A stretch of DNA of 63,443 nucleotides, filler included, from Octopus bimaculoides (GCF_001194135.2; 4 parts of 4 records of this genome joined end to end with filler, not necessarily neighbours in it); one strand, 5' to 3'; shown: positions 26,690 through 40,101, counted from the first letter of the whole stretch. Numbers and translations: made by a program. Notes: generated by a model not told the origin, from the letters alone.

Positions 26690-27350
26690 ATTGTCTTTGC
26701 TGACTATGGTTAGGAGAAGGGTTTCTGGAGACTTATGATTTGCCCTTAGTAATGAGCATTGGGAAACTTTTTCGACAACTCCAGGGTTGTGTCTAGTGTA
26801 ATATTAGGACTGACAACCACCATGGTTTATTCTTGTCATTGCTCTTGTTATTTTGGGCTTCCTAGACGGAGAGCCCTTAAATGGGGTTTATTGTTACATA
26901 CGCACCAACTGGATTTTCTGCCTTGGATGTTGTATTATGAAGCTTTTCTCTCAGCCCCCTCTACAAGACACAGTTCCGTTATCATGTCTTGGCTTTGTAA
27001 GATTATTAGCACTTGTAGGACCATGCTGATCTCACTTAACAATATAATATTAAAAGTTATATCTGCTACACAGGTGACTACAAGTCAGAGTTTGGCATCC
27101 TCACCAATTCACCCTGTTTACCTCCATCCCAAATACTGCATGACCAATTTATGGGTAAGTGAGTCACATGATTTGGGTTTTTGCCATCCCTTAGTTTACA
27201 GATGATAAATATAGGGATGTCTCCAACTCCTGCTTGAATAGAACAAAGAAGGCATCTGTGGTCAAGAATACTGGGTGAAGATGGGCTATCTTCTTTTGGT
27301 TTGTAAGTCTGTGATGAACTGGGGGACACTGGCACCTGTCTTGTGGAGAA
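26690..27350 (-). mobile_element. Highly decayed RTE-clade LINE RT fragment
   Basis: Minus-strand peptides TTDAFFVLFKQE...LYLSSVN, NHVTHLPINWS and WSCRKSFPMLITKG resemble RTE TTDAIF...LYLAFVD, DRVPRSLIWWS and W.KFRELLPLL.TKG. There is a homologous copy at 29470-29655. Confidence 0.5.
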
Positions 27351-28094
27351 AAAATACTGCTAAACTTTAGTTCTTTCAGCAAAATGATCCCAAAAGAATG
27401 TTTATGAAGCCTGATATTTTGTAATTTTTTATTTTTATCTCATGGCAAATATTCATTCATACTCTTGCTGCTTTTACTGTTGTTGTTGAATGTGCTGTCT
27501 ACTTTACTGTTTTTTGTGAGAATGTAATTTTTTTCATTTTCTGCAATGTGTTTGTTGATATTTTTTTAAACATAATTTTTATAAAATTGTTTTCCATTGT
27601 TCAGTATAATCTTCCTTAGGGACACATCCCAACCATGAACAAGCGTTTTTTTTTTTTACTTATTGTTAGATTGTGAAATAAAATGGAAATATTTTTAACC
27701 TTGTTGTCTAACTCCAGTAAGGAGTGGATGCATGAAAATGTTCAATAATGTCTCTGTGGGAAATTAAAATCCAAAATAAGAATTACTTAAGTTACGTTTT
27801 GAAAATCATCAAGTAAACTTGGAATAACATTTTTCACATCTGAACAACCACCAAAATCACCACCACCACCACCACTGCCGCCGCCGCCACCGACTCCGCC
27901 ATCACTGCGATGATGACATTTCTGGTCGCCTTCACTGCAGAATATCGTTTTAGGATGATTACATGCAAGATGAATTGTAAAATAATAGTATCATATCTTC
28001 TTTACTGAAAGTAAACAAAAAAACATTTATCTAATAATTGCAACAAGAACAACATTAACAATACTGATGTATAACTACAAGGTCACATATTTTG

Positions 28095-28215
28095 GAGATA
28101 AAAATATAGTTGATTTCATCAACCACAAGGGATGAAAAGTAAAGTTTGACCTCAGATGAATTTGAACTTAGAGAGTGAGGAATCTAAAGCTTCTCTCAGT
28201 TGCCTCCATCTAACA
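28095..28215 (-). mobile_element. Decayed SINE family B fragment
   Basis: gggatgaaaagtaaagtttgacctcagatgaatttgaacttaga. Confidence 0.6.
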
Positions 28216-28921
28216 TTATTGTTAATGACCCTGACAAAATAAAAATGGAAATATGAATGTATTAAAATAAAATGCTAATGTAGCAACATGAAAAGGTGCC
28301 TTTATAGAGGTGCACTATAAATTACTCTCAAATCACACCTGACAACCTTAGAAAAGATAGGGTAGTAAAAAGGGAACGTCTTTGATTATAAGGTTCACAT
28401 GAGTTTAAGAACAACAATAAAAACTTAACAGTGACAACGAAAATAATATCAATAAAGCTATTAGCCAAGTTAACGGAAAATATGACAGTTTGCATTTGAA
28501 CAGAAGTAGTGTTTCCAAAAGAAATGGAAAATGTTTTGTCACATGCCAGAAGGGTGAAATATATGCAATAGTGAAAAGAATTTGGCAAGGAAATAGGTGA
28601 AAAAATAGACTGTATTATTCATATACATCTGCAAAAACAAGGTGACATGAAAATCTACTGGCAGAAGATATGGAAGAGATATGGAAACAAATAAGGTTCG
28701 GTTTTAACCATTTGCAGTGTAAGGAATAAATTATTTAGCATATGCTCTATGTTGAAACATGAAACAATTGGGAAAATGGAACACTATATATTTTCAAGCA
28801 TCTTAGTTACTATCTTTAAAATTTCATTCCTGTCATATTCCAACTCTGGAAACATCCCAATACTAGAGTAGGATATGAACCGTTAATTACTGATATCAGT
28901 ATAGCATAGGTTAGGAATGTG

Positions 28922-29150
28922 AAGGCGCATGGCTCATTGGTTAGAGCATCCAGCTTACGATCGTGAGGTTGTGAGTTTGAATCCTGGACCGGGCTGTGTG
29001 TTGTGTTTTTAAGCAAGACACTTTATTTCATGTTGCTCCAGTTCACTCAGCTGTAGAAATGAGCTGAGACGTCACAGGTGCCAAGCTTTATCGGTCTTTG
29101 CCTTTCCCTTGGGTAACACTGGTGGTGTGGAGAGGGCAAGCCGGTATGCA
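28922..29150 (+). mobile_element. tRNA-derived SINE family C
   Basis: tRNA-like head ggcgcatggctcattggttagagc (A box) and gtgagtttgaatcc (B box), followed by a non-tRNA body (ttaagcaagacactttatttc...). It lacks a tRNA acceptor stem. Confidence 0.75.
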
Positions 29151-29469
29151 AGGTAGGCATAAATATACAATCATATTTGTATGTATTTAGCTACACAGTG
29201 AAATTAAGCCTCTTGGGATGGGGTAGCCTCAAATGAAGATTAATTGACCACTTCACTCTCATTGCAATCTGCCATGTTCCACTTATTTTTACATCTTATA
29301 ATGCTGATCATAAACTAAAACAGAACCGATAAATCTTTGGTGAAATTTTTACCATTTTGTTCATTCAGCCAACTACAAATTTAGTAAATACATTGCACTG
29401 AACAAAATAATGGAAGAATAATATTGTAAAAGGAAATTAAAGAGAGAGGTTTCTTGAGTTTCATGATTT

Positions 29470-29655
29470 GCTCCTGGTAATAAAGATTGGGAAACTTGTT
29501 TTGATAACTCCAGGATTGTGCCAAGTATCACATTAAGACTGGCAACCACTGTGATTTATTCTTGCTGTTACTGCTGTTCTTTTAGGCCTTTTGGGCAGAA
29601 AACCCATGAATGGGTTTTACTGATGCATATGCATCAACCAGATTGTCTGCCTTGG
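29470..29655 (-). mobile_element. Decayed RTE-like fragment homologous to 26740-26935
   Basis: attgggaaacttgttttgataactccaggattgtg...gtgatttattcttg versus attgggaaactttttcgacaactccagggttgtg...ggtttattcttg. Confidence 0.55.
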
Positions 29656-30713
29656 ATTTCAGATTTAGAGGATGAAGAAAAGAGAATCTAATCAACCGTT
29701 GTACTTTACTCATATATATTTTAGCACACCTGAAATGAGAGTTGCTTTGGTGGAATTTGAACTTAGGATGTATAAAGATTTAACAGTTATACAACACCCT
29801 GCCCACTTCTCCTCTGATTCTGCCAATACAGATTTATTAAAAAAATCAAAATTATAAGAACCTATCAGATACTAGAATAAAAATCATAAAATTTATATTC
29901 TCCTTCATCTATAATTTTTTCCTCTATTATATCTTTCCCTAGTAAAAGATGAAGGGTTTCAGGATATAAATAAAATATTCCAATAAGCTATTTTGTTTTT
30001 CCATTTAGATTTTCTTTGACTTTTATATAATAGTATAAGAATGTATCATTTCTTAAAAATTGAATTGTCATTCAGATATGAAACTTATATTCATCTTCAG
30101 GCTATCATTATATTTTAATATGTAATCACATGCTCGTACATAGTTGCACTTACATATATATAGATGCATGTGTGTGTGTATGCATGTGTGTGTGCATGCA
30201 TGTTTGTGTGTGTGTGTGTGTACAGGAAAACCCTCACTTATTTAAAAGGATGCTGCTACAGCTTGGGCCCATTGTCATTTGCTGGGTTTACTGCTTTCCT
30301 AAAACCCTGTTTCTTGGCTACATGTATATACTTATTTCGTACCTTTTTCTATAATAATTCCTTGTTTGCTCTAGCCCTTAAAATGACCTTTTGTGTTGGT
30401 GGTTGCACCCACCCTTTCCCACCCCCACCACCAATACTGGAAATCTCTTTCTCTTTCTCTCTCACTCTTACTGGAAATCGCTCTTTCTCTCTCTCTCTTA
30501 CTGGAAATCTCTTTCTCTTACCAGACAACCAGACTGAGAGTGAGTGAGAAAGAGAGACAGAGAGAGAGCTATGATCGAAATGTAAAACAACCACTCTTTC
30601 CTTCCTTTAGTGTCTTATTAATACTTTGCATGTGCTACGTTCTTGCTTTGTTGCTTTTGTCTTATCTTTTATTTTTTTCCGTGTTTTAATCATCAAATAT
30701 ATATATATATATA

Positions 30714-30813
30714 NNNNNNNNNNNNNNNNNNNNNNNNNNNNNNNNNNNNNNNNNNNNTTAATTAATTAANNNNNNNNNNNNNNNNNNNNNNNNNNNNNNN
30801 NNNNNNNNNNNNN
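30714..30813. other. Artificial assembly spacer 44N-TTAATTAATTAA-44N
   Basis: Exactly 100 bp, with identical structure at three sites. The 12-mer has stops in all six frames. Confidence 0.95.
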
Positions 30814-31367
30814 ATATGTATGTATGTATGTATGTACGTATTATTGTAGGTGCGATAAATTATAACACAGAACACCTTGGTGTACTTGGTTACTTTAAAT
30901 TTCGGAATGTCATGTCAATATTGACGTCATTTTCCATTCCTACTAGCATATATATATCATAATATGCTGCAGTAATATATCACTCGATTAAACGTCGTAG
31001 CCTGCAAGACTCGGATTTATAAATTATAAACAGCTATGTCCTTTCACGATTCGAATTATTGCCCTGTATTTTTGAGGATAGAAAACGGGATTTTGACATC
31101 TATGTCAAACGTACGTTTATGTCATACGGACGTAAAATGGTTTACAAGCAGAAGTCGGATTGACGTCGATCTCTTGCTTTACTGCAGGGTTCACAAAATG
31201 TCTATAGAACAGAACGTCTACGTTTTTGAAATTAAATTATCTAAATCGTTCTTTTTTGTTTACTTCCATTACGATATAATGGTGGTAAAATAGATTTATA
31301 AACACGAACACACTCACATAAACACATACAAAACACGCATGCACGCACGCACACATACATACATACA

Positions 31368-31401
<34 letters not shown>

Positions 31402-32125
31402 CATACGTACATAAATACATACATATACGCACATACATGCGTTTGTGTGTGTATTCATTTATATTAAATAGAAGTTAATTTCAATTGGCAAGAAACACGA
31501 TTAATGTATTGAAAAAATAGAAAGGAAACTAAATATTTTTTGAGTGATAAAGATGAAATTATCTTTTTCTGTTATTCATATCGGAATGTTTACCTAATTC
31601 TAAATACACATCAGACGTACGAGGAGTGTAAATGGTGCACGGTTGGTGTGTTTAAAAACATCTAAATGGTACTTTGCCCCGCTATAATCAACGTTCATAT
31701 TATAGAGGCAATATAAATATAGACATTTTAACTTCAATGTTAAGTAAATATCTTATTGGAAGTTAGGCAAAACATCATTTCAATAGTATTTGTGGCATAA
31801 AAAGAAAGATGTTAATGTGTTTTATTTATGTTTATGCGATTAAGAAGTAATTTATCAAAGAGGTCAATGTTAATCTACTTAATTTATGTAAGGTCACTCC
31901 AAATGGTATTAAATTTATTTGGGTGGGGTTATTACTTGAAGAATTATATTTTCTTCTTTAGATTTTTAACCATCCCCCATCTGACCGATAAAAACGAACT
32001 TTTATTTCAAACGGAGATGGGGAATGTAGAGTAAGCTATTAGGAAGCAAGTAATATGAAATGTATTTAATTGGGAATTGAACCAGCACTAATTTGCTTTA
32101 GCTCAATAATGTTCTTTTAATAATA

Positions 32126-32268
32126 TGGCGGTAAAATTCCGCCGGTGTCGACTTTGCCTTTCATCCTTTTGGTGTCAATAAAATAAGTACCAGTTGAACA
32201 CTGGTGTCGATTTTATCAACCAAGCCTCTTCCAAAGCTACTGGCCTTGTGCCAACATTTGAAACCAAT
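32126..32268 (+). mobile_element. SINE family B copy with 5' internal deletion
   Basis: aattccgccggtgtcgactttgcctttcatcc...gtgccaacatttgaaaccaat. Confidence 0.8.
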
Positions 32269-33005
32269 ATTTTGGCGCTAATTTAGCAGTAACGAGAGAA
32301 CGCTGGAATAACAGTTATTTAGTATCTTCTGAGTTTGAAAACTTCTTGAGGCAGCTTTACCTTTCATCCATGTGGGGTCTATTTAAATGCGATCTTAATA
32401 TCTAAGTAGGATATCGGGCTTAATTCCATCAACTATATTATCAAGTTTGATTTGCTATTAGTCAACAGAATACAGAATTTCAGTTAACTTGTGATAGAGT
32501 TATGTGCAAGATCCAAATTAAATGAATCCATAATTCATGGCCGAAGCTAATGAAATTCTCCTATATGCTAGTACGATTGAAAATGTGATGAAAGTTACCT
32601 TCTCTCATTCCGTCACCATTTTGATACCTATTACTGTGTCATGAATAAATAATGCACAAAAATTATGAGCGGTGAAGGAGAAGAAATCGCAGAACGCCTG
32701 ATTTGCTTGCCCTTCGATATCTCGCGATTTCTTTCCATTTGGGGTGATCAAAAAAATATCAATAGAGTCTATGCGATAGATGCCAAGTTTCCTTACACTC
32801 ATTGCTATAACCTGGGAAACACTCAAATTTGAAACTGTTTGCTGATGAAGTTTCTAAAACTCCACATTTAAGTCTTAAGACCAAACAATAACTTGATATA
32901 TACTGCATACTTATGAATTTACAAACATACAGGTTCATTGTTTTTCTAAACAGATTCCTTATATTGGCAAAAGGTACCAATATTACGTCAATATTGTTCC
33001 AGTTT

Positions 33006-33211
33006 AAGGCGGTATGCTGGCCGGATCTTTAGCACGCCGGACAAAGTGTTTAGTGGCATTTTGTCCATCTTAACGTTCTAAGTTCAAATTAAGCCGAAGT
33101 TGACTTTGCCTTTCATTCTTTCGGGTCGGAAAATAAGTTCTAATGGAACACTGAGATCGATGTAAATCGCTCCCCAAAATTGCTGGCCTTGTACTAATAT
33201 TTGAAACCAAT
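33006..33211 (+). mobile_element. SINE family B, full length
   Basis: aaggcggtatgctggccgg...ttcaaattaagccgaagttgactttgcc...ttgaaaccaat. Confidence 0.85.
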
Positions 33212-33936
33212 TTCTCCAGTTTCTCATTTACCCACCACAAAATATGACGTCTTTATAAATTGCAAAAAAAAAAAAAAAAGACCCAAACTTTCTTGTCTTT
33301 TTAGTAAGTGTTCGTAGTTAGGCTGGTATCATTATTTCTGTTGCTATTGCAGATTATTACAACACTCTAATTTAGTGTAAACGCTAGTCAAGTGGGTAAG
33401 CCGTAGATACAGTGAAGTTTCGGGCAAAATGCTTTACAATTGTTTACTTTTTGTAAGTTCTACTAAGACAGATTTTGCGTTTCCTACCAATAAGAAAAGT
33501 AACAGTCAAATAGTCATAAAATGTAGATTCGGATTTTGAATTCCTACTAATGTGAAAACTTAATATGAAATCCGGACAATGATATTTACATACCAACATA
33601 AATAGAACCACCTAACAGTATTTGTATCCATTATTTTACATTAAATATGCACTTGGTTCTACTAAGCGCTCATCTTCCAGGCTAGATGAAATATATACAG
33701 GTAATATTCTGGGATCTTGTCTTGCATTCTCGAAACAGAGTGATTGGTCTTATATCCAAATACGACATCAACATAAAACTGTTCCAATGTATGCAGTACG
33801 TTACACTTTAAGTGATTCCTATCTCTGATGCAGTTACATATCCTCCATATTTTAATTCTGAAAGTTCTTCTCCACTGGGTAGGCTTCGGTAAGTTTATTT
33901 TTAATGGAAAACCAGTATGGACAATGCATTCTGGTC

Positions 33937-33952
33937 CACACACACACACACG

Positions 33953-34023
<71 letters not shown>

Positions 34024-34033
34024 ACACACACAT

Positions 34034-34062
<29 letters not shown>
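33937..34062. repeat. (CA)n/(TA)n microsatellite
   Basis: Direct reading. Similar arrays occur at ~1808-1900, 39460-39500, 47882-47987, 51712-51830, 52204-52290 and 54130-54180. Confidence 0.95.
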
Positions 34063-34064
<2 letters not shown>

Positions 34065-34215
34065 ATACATCTCTTTCGCAATCTGTACGCCTTGGTATCT
34101 TGGTATCAACATGCATCATAAACACATACGCACAAACATACATACGCATAAACTCCACATATATGGTGGGACAGAGACTGCAAGTAACTATCTACTAGAA
34201 TTATATATGGGATAC

Positions 34216-34225
34216 TATATTCCAC

Positions 34226-34284
<59 letters not shown>
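34216..34284. repeat. (TAG)n microsatellite
   Basis: Direct reading. Confidence 0.95.
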
Positions 34285-36679
34285 TCAAGGAAAATTTTTA
34301 AAGATCGATTTTAAGATAGTTGCTGTTTCTGTTCCTTTCTTATTTCTATTAAATTCTTTCATTTTACCACTTGAAATTCTTCTCACAGATTTCAAACCGT
34401 ATCCGTTTGCTCCGCTTATTGTTCTTTCTAGGTTGTTTACTTTTCTTCTAGACCATTCTACTTTCAGTTCCCTTCTTATTTATTTTCTTGTTTGCTTTAC
34501 TTCATAGCATCAGCACGGGAACCTGCTGTAACAGCGATGTTTTTTTTGTTTTTGTTTTTTTTTTGTTTTTGTTTTTCTGAACCGAGGACAGTATTGAAGA
34601 TAATACCGTAAAGTTAGTGACGTAGGTGCCCCGAGGTAAGCTATCTCCTTCAATTGGAATCGCAGTAATTAAGGTTTTATTTAAATATTGCGGTTTGTTA
34701 TTGCCATGATTATCAGTTGCTACTTTTTTTTTAATAACATAGAATGTACGTACGCACACACATAGCTATGTATGTATGTGTGTGTGTGTATATACATACA
34801 CATACAATATAATACACACGTACACACACACACACGCACATATGTATATATATACACACACATACATATACACATGAAAGGCAAGAGCACTCAGTGCATA
34901 AAGTGGAATTTGTGTGTGTGTGTATGTGTACGTATATATATATATATATATNNNNNNNNNNNNNNNNNNNNNNNNNNNNNNNNNNNNNNNNNNNNNNNNN
35001 NNNNNNNNNNNNNNNNNNNNNNNNNNNNNNNNNNNNNNNNNNNNNNNNNNNNNNNNNNNNNNNNNNNNNNNNNNNNNNNNNNNNNNNNNNNNNNNNNNNN
35101 NNNNNNNNNNNNNNNNNNNNNNNNNNNNNNNNNNNNNNNNNNNNNNNNNNNNNNNNNNNNNNNNNNNNNNNNNNNNNNNNNNNNNNNNNNNNNNNNNNNN
35201 NNNNNNNNNNNNNNNNNNNNNNNNNNNNNNNNNNNNNNNNNNNNNNNNNNNNNNNNNNNNNNNNNNNNNNNNNNNNNNNNNNNNNNNNNNNNNNNNNNNN
35301 NNNNNNNNNNNNNNNNNNNNNNNNNNNNNNNNNNNNNNNNNNNNNNNNNNNNNNNNNNNNNNNNNNNNNNNNNNNNNNNNNNNNNNNNNNNNNNNNNNNN
35401 NNNNNNNNNNNNNNNNNNNNNNNNNNNNNNNNNNNNNNNNNNNNNNNNNNNNNNNNNNNNNNNNNNNNNNNNNNNNNNNNNNNNNNNNNNNNNNNNNNNN
35501 NNNNNNNNNNNNNNNNNNNNNNNNNNNNNNNNNNNNNNNNNNNNNNNNNNNNNNNNNNNNNNNNNNNNNNNNNNNNNNNNNNNNNNNNNNNNNNNNNNNN
35601 NNNNNNNNNNNNNNNNNNNNNNNNNNNNNNNNNNNNNNNNNNNNNNNNNNNNNNNNNNNNNNNNNNNNNNNNNNNNNNNNNNNNNNNNNNNNNNNNNNNN
35701 NNNNNNNNNNNNNNNNNNNNNNNNNNNNNTGTATATATTAGTCCTTCCTTTCTTACTTTAGTTTCACATAAGTGAATTACAAAGGTGTCCAACTAAGGGA
35801 ACCTCTTAAGTAAATATGTTCCTGTGTTTTGGGTTCATAACTTATCGACTAAAATATGGAAAATCTTACTCGCCTAAGCTTTCCGTTCATGCAGTATGAA
35901 GATGTGTACCACAACATTTTTCCGGTTATGATTTCTTTCCGTGGTATTTCGGTCGGGCATATAACTAATCTTACTTCTCCTTAAAACTGCTCTGGATAAA
36001 GCTTTTGTACTATTTCGAGACCGAAGCGTCAAAACTCGGAGACAGGTTAGAGATTTTTTCAGCTGACCCCCTTAACCAGATTCCTGAACATTGTGGGTGG
36101 ATGGCAAAGAGCTATAATATAGATTGAATCTGACTATGCGACAAAATAATTCTACTGCACGACAGATGTTGACTTTAGACTTCACGAGTATCAATGAAAA
36201 ACATTTTATATGTACAGATTTTTCAATAAAGACTGTTTTTAAGGAAATCGTATAGCGAAAAGTATAGTTAAATGAATATTGTAAACCGTATTTACGATTC
36301 GATTTCAATTTTCGCTTCCAGTCAGTTTAATCTACCTAGTAATGGTATTAACAGCAATAGAGTTCAATAGAGTTCAGAGCCAGTACTGAAAGTTGCGATG
36401 TTTCGTATACGAATACGTCTATGTTAGCAATGCGATCGAAGATTGCAAAAAGAAAAAGTAATGGGTGAATATGCATATCTCAAGAGTTGTTGCTCCTTCT
36501 TCAGCACCACATAAAAGCCATTAACTCTCCACGAAAGCATTACTTAAAAACTTACTGTGTTTAGCGGTGTTACACTAAAGGATAGACTAATTTACATATT
36601 GAACACATTCCGGTGCGTAAATATTGATTGATACCAAGGAAACAGAATGGTTGCTAAATGAAATACTATGTCCTTGCTA

Positions 36680-36719
<40 letters not shown>

Positions 36720-37320
36720 ATGCTTATATATATATATATAATGTCTGTATGTGTTTCATTAAAAACGCGACTATGTTCCAATTTTAACCTTTTTATTACA
36801 TATTTTCATATTTTCGTATCACTTTCTTGCAAGTTCGTTTAAATTCGTGAAGTTCCTAGATCCATATTCAACTTTTTCAGACCTTCACAATCTCATCTCA
36901 AGGAAATGAAATAGATTTGGATTATAGGCTGTTCCTTGCATGGTGGCCGGATTTGTGTAGTCTTTGCAGCGAGAGGTTTTTGACCGCTACGCCTCCACGT
37001 CAACAGTCACATATTAATTCCTATTTTTGCGGCCAAATATATGTAAGCTTTACGAAGGTCTTTATAAGTATATATATGTGTGTGGTTTTGCGTGTGTATG
37101 TGTTTGCATGCATACGAAAGCGCGTATGTGCGCGAGAGCGTATGTGTGATTGTGTGTACGTGTGTGTGCTGTAAGTCCTGATTGGGTAGAATCTCGGTGT
37201 ACTCCAAATGTAGCACTCGACCCGACCTCCTGGTTCTCACTTTGGAATCTCAAGGAAGATCACTGGCGCAAAAATTCCAAATATATCATCGGTAAATAAG
37301 AAGGTGAAGAATGATCTTTC

Positions 37321-37397
37321 ATTAAAACTGAAGCTGACAGTTTGTGCCGCGACTCGAGTCTCAAGTTGGGGGTCAAACTCTCACCTTCAGTTTTAAT
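37321..37397. mobile_element. 77-bp inverted-repeat mini-element (MITE-like)
   Basis: 24-bp arms with 22/24 identity: attaaaactgaagctgacagtttg versus the reverse complement attaaaactgaaggtgagagtttg. A gactcgagtc palindrome lies in the loop. Confidence 0.6.
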
Positions 37398-37484
37398 ACA
37401 AAACTATATCCTCTTTAACATTTATTGAGCACTCCTTTCTCATTCATTCGACATTAATAACGAAGGTATATTATATATATATGG

Positions 37485-37515
<31 letters not shown>

Positions 37516-37870
37516 TTATATTATGTATTTATATTATGTATTTATATTAAATATATAAATATATGTATATATATTTAATATAAATACACATTTAATTTAA
37601 ATATACACATGCACACGCACACACACTTATACATCTATACACATATGCACACACACATGATTCTTTTTGGTACCGGTGAATCTCGAAGCAGATAAAGCTA
37701 TAGATAATAGTGTGTAAATATTGGGTTTAACAACACGAGTGCGATGGTGTAGAAATTTCTGGTGTCTAACGTAAAACCAAGGTACGAAAGTAACTATATA
37801 TAGAACTATATACGTATAAAGATACATATGCATACATATTACATACATACGTATATGTGTAGTGTGTATG

Positions 37871-37909
<39 letters not shown>

Positions 37910-37919
37910 NNNNNNNNNN

Positions 37920-37966
<47 letters not shown>

Positions 37967-38464
37967 GTGGGTGTGTGTGTGTGTATGTATGGATATAAAA
38001 ATATAAAGATCTATACTCAAGTAATCATTGTCAGATCGTCAATTTTGTATCATTATGTAAATGATTTTACGCTGCGGTTTATATTTGCTTATATTATAAT
38101 AATTAACCTTTACCTATTAATGAAATGTTAAATAACAATGAAACTGGTCTGTTTGATCCTCATCGAAAGCTGTCGATACATTTCATGTGTGCATGATTTT
38201 GTAGCTAGACCAAACATGTAAGGATACAAATCTGTACATTCGGGGGAAACCAAGTCTACGCCTGGATCACAATAAAATTTCGCCATTTTTCTTTTGTGCC
38301 AAATTAACATGATAATAATATTGACTTAGAGGGGCGTACTAGTAAACACCTACCGAACTATGTGCTGGTTCTCGGATTTCTGGCGAAAGATGTTTGATTT
38401 TAGTTATGAAACTAATGTGTTTCCAAAGAAATTAATTTTACATATTCTAATTTTACAATCATTA

Positions 38465-38622
38465 TGTTGTGTCGACCCCACCACCCAGGCGAAGAAGTAG
38501 GATCTCCCAAGACATATAAATAGAGGTAGTCTGGCCGTGGTAGGAGTGTTGAGTAGCAGTTGTGTAGCGGTTGAGTAGAGATCATCCGAAGGTACTAGAT
38601 AGCAGTAGTTTGAGACATAACA
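38465..38622 (+). mobile_element. Short solo-LTR-like element (158 bp), TGTT...AACA, with a probable 5-bp TSD
   Basis: Termini tgttgtg...cataaca, flanks catta and cgtta (one CpG-type mismatch), and internal tataaata. A second copy lies at 39915. Confidence 0.65.
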
Positions 38623-39457
38623 CGTTATATATTTGATATCTTCTTGTGAAAGAAATAACCAATCTATTTCCTTTGCTGTCATTCCCATTGTCGCCAGTTG
38701 AGGATACATGCATTAAGGTAACACTTTCTCTTCTAGGGCGAAAACGGAACTGAAGCGAAAATTGTTAAGAAAAATGGCAATCGGAACCATGATGCTTCTA
38801 TTATTCCAAGGAGTTTAGTTATGTAAGAAAACAGAAATAACAGTGAGTGTACATCAAAACACATTTACAGATTCAGCTTGCCAAGACTGTACATACTATT
38901 GCTTGGCGGCCATCATTTACAGATAAATAAAACAACCACTAAAATTTGACCGTAATGATACACTGACATAATGATCGTGAAGTATATGACGATCTTACTT
39001 GTCAAAAGTCTTCAAAGTTGTGTCATTTGTTACATAATATATCGATCGAGTAGAACATTAGCTGTTAGGAAAAATAACGAAAAATTACATCGGTCAGTTA
39101 CATCAGTATTGGTTTAATTAAAAACTTTTTTACGTAACAACAAACTGTTAGTTTTGATGTTGGTTTTGATACAACTCTACTAGTTAGAGCGTGTTTGTGT
39201 GTATGTACCATTGTATTAAATTAACAATAGACACGGCAACCACTCACGACATTTATCAACGACAACGACAGCAACAACAACAACAACAACAATATCAATA
39301 ATAATAATAAAACAACAAGTCAACATAAAACAGAAAACTGGTAATTATATTGTAGACTTAATAGAAATAGTTGTTAACATTTTTAACACAAAGCCTCAAG
39401 TTGATTAAACATAATTAAATTACTTCAGTTGACATGACTTAAGCGACAAAGTAACTC

Positions 39458-39490
<33 letters not shown>

Positions 39491-39614
39491 ACGCAAGTAC
39501 ACACACATACACACATACATACTCACACATATACACGGACACACACATTACTGGTTCTACAAATGGCTGTGGTCTTGATGGGATGAGAAACTCATCAAAA
39601 TAGCTACCCATCCA

Positions 39615-39615
39615 C

Positions 39616-39661
<46 letters not shown>

Positions 39662-39800
39662 GTCTATCTGTCTGTCTATCTGTCTGTCTGTCTGCATACA
39701 TATGTATGTATGCATGTATGTCTATCTGTCGTTCGGTATGTGTCTCTGTCTATGTGTAGTTATGTATATGTCAGTGTATGTATGAATGCATATCTATCTG

Positions 39801-39877
<77 letters not shown>

Positions 39878-39895
39878 TTGTCTGTCTGTCTGTCT
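39615..39895. repeat. (ATCT)n/(GTCT)n tetranucleotide arrays
   Basis: Direct reading. Others occur at 41272-41320 and 55017-55105. Confidence 0.95.
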
Positions 39896-39914
39896 TTGTT
39901 TGATTGTTTGTGTG

Positions 39915-40101
39915 TGTTGTGTCGACGCTCCCAGGCGAAGAAGTAGGATCTCCCAAGACATATAAATAGAGGTAGTCTGGCCGTGGTAGTGTGTTGAGTA
40001 GCAGTCGAATAGCTGCTGAGTAGCAGTCGAGTAGCAGTTGTGTAGCGGTTGAGTAGAGATCATCCGAAGGTGCTAGATAGCAGTAGCGTTGAGACATAAC
40101 A
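39915..40101 (+). mobile_element. Second solo-LTR-like copy (187 bp)
   Basis: Same termini and body as 38465-38622, plus 33 extra bp (three 11-bp units). Confidence 0.6.

Noticed and set aside
27810-28030. Strong minus-strand splice acceptor (ttttttttgtttactttcAG at 28005) upstream of a Gly-rich frame (GGVGGGGGSGGGGGDFGG)
   Set aside because: All three frames hit a stop within 15 codons of the acceptor. The Gly run comes from a (GGT)/(GGC) microsatellite. A non-coding exon is not excluded.
28922-28995. Possible tRNA gene (also 59055-59128 on the minus strand and the SINE A heads)
   Set aside because: A and B boxes are present, but there is no paired acceptor stem or pol III terminator, and each continues into a SINE body.
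30758-30769. TTAATTAATTAA as a homeodomain site or conserved palindrome
   Set aside because: It is always centred in exactly 44+44 Ns, so it is a synthetic spacer.
33662-34314. Poly-HT, poly-CV, poly-YI, poly-V and poly-L ORFs (also many others across the window)
   Set aside because: These are translations of (CA)n, (TA)n and (TAG)n arrays, with no domain content.
34731-35792. Long ORFs of 275-365 aa here and at 49722-50875, 55266-56061 and 59593-60389
   Set aside because: They consist mostly of X from N gaps plus microsatellite translation.
37510-37590. AT-rich 13-bp triplication plus 21-bp inverted repeat
   Set aside because: Explained by slippage and fold-back within (TA)n low-complexity DNA.
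38465-40101. A single LTR retrotransposon bounded by the two repeats
   Set aside because: The outer flanks do not form a TSD, there is no PBS or PPT, and the interior is microsatellite and AT-rich DNA. Two solo copies fit better.
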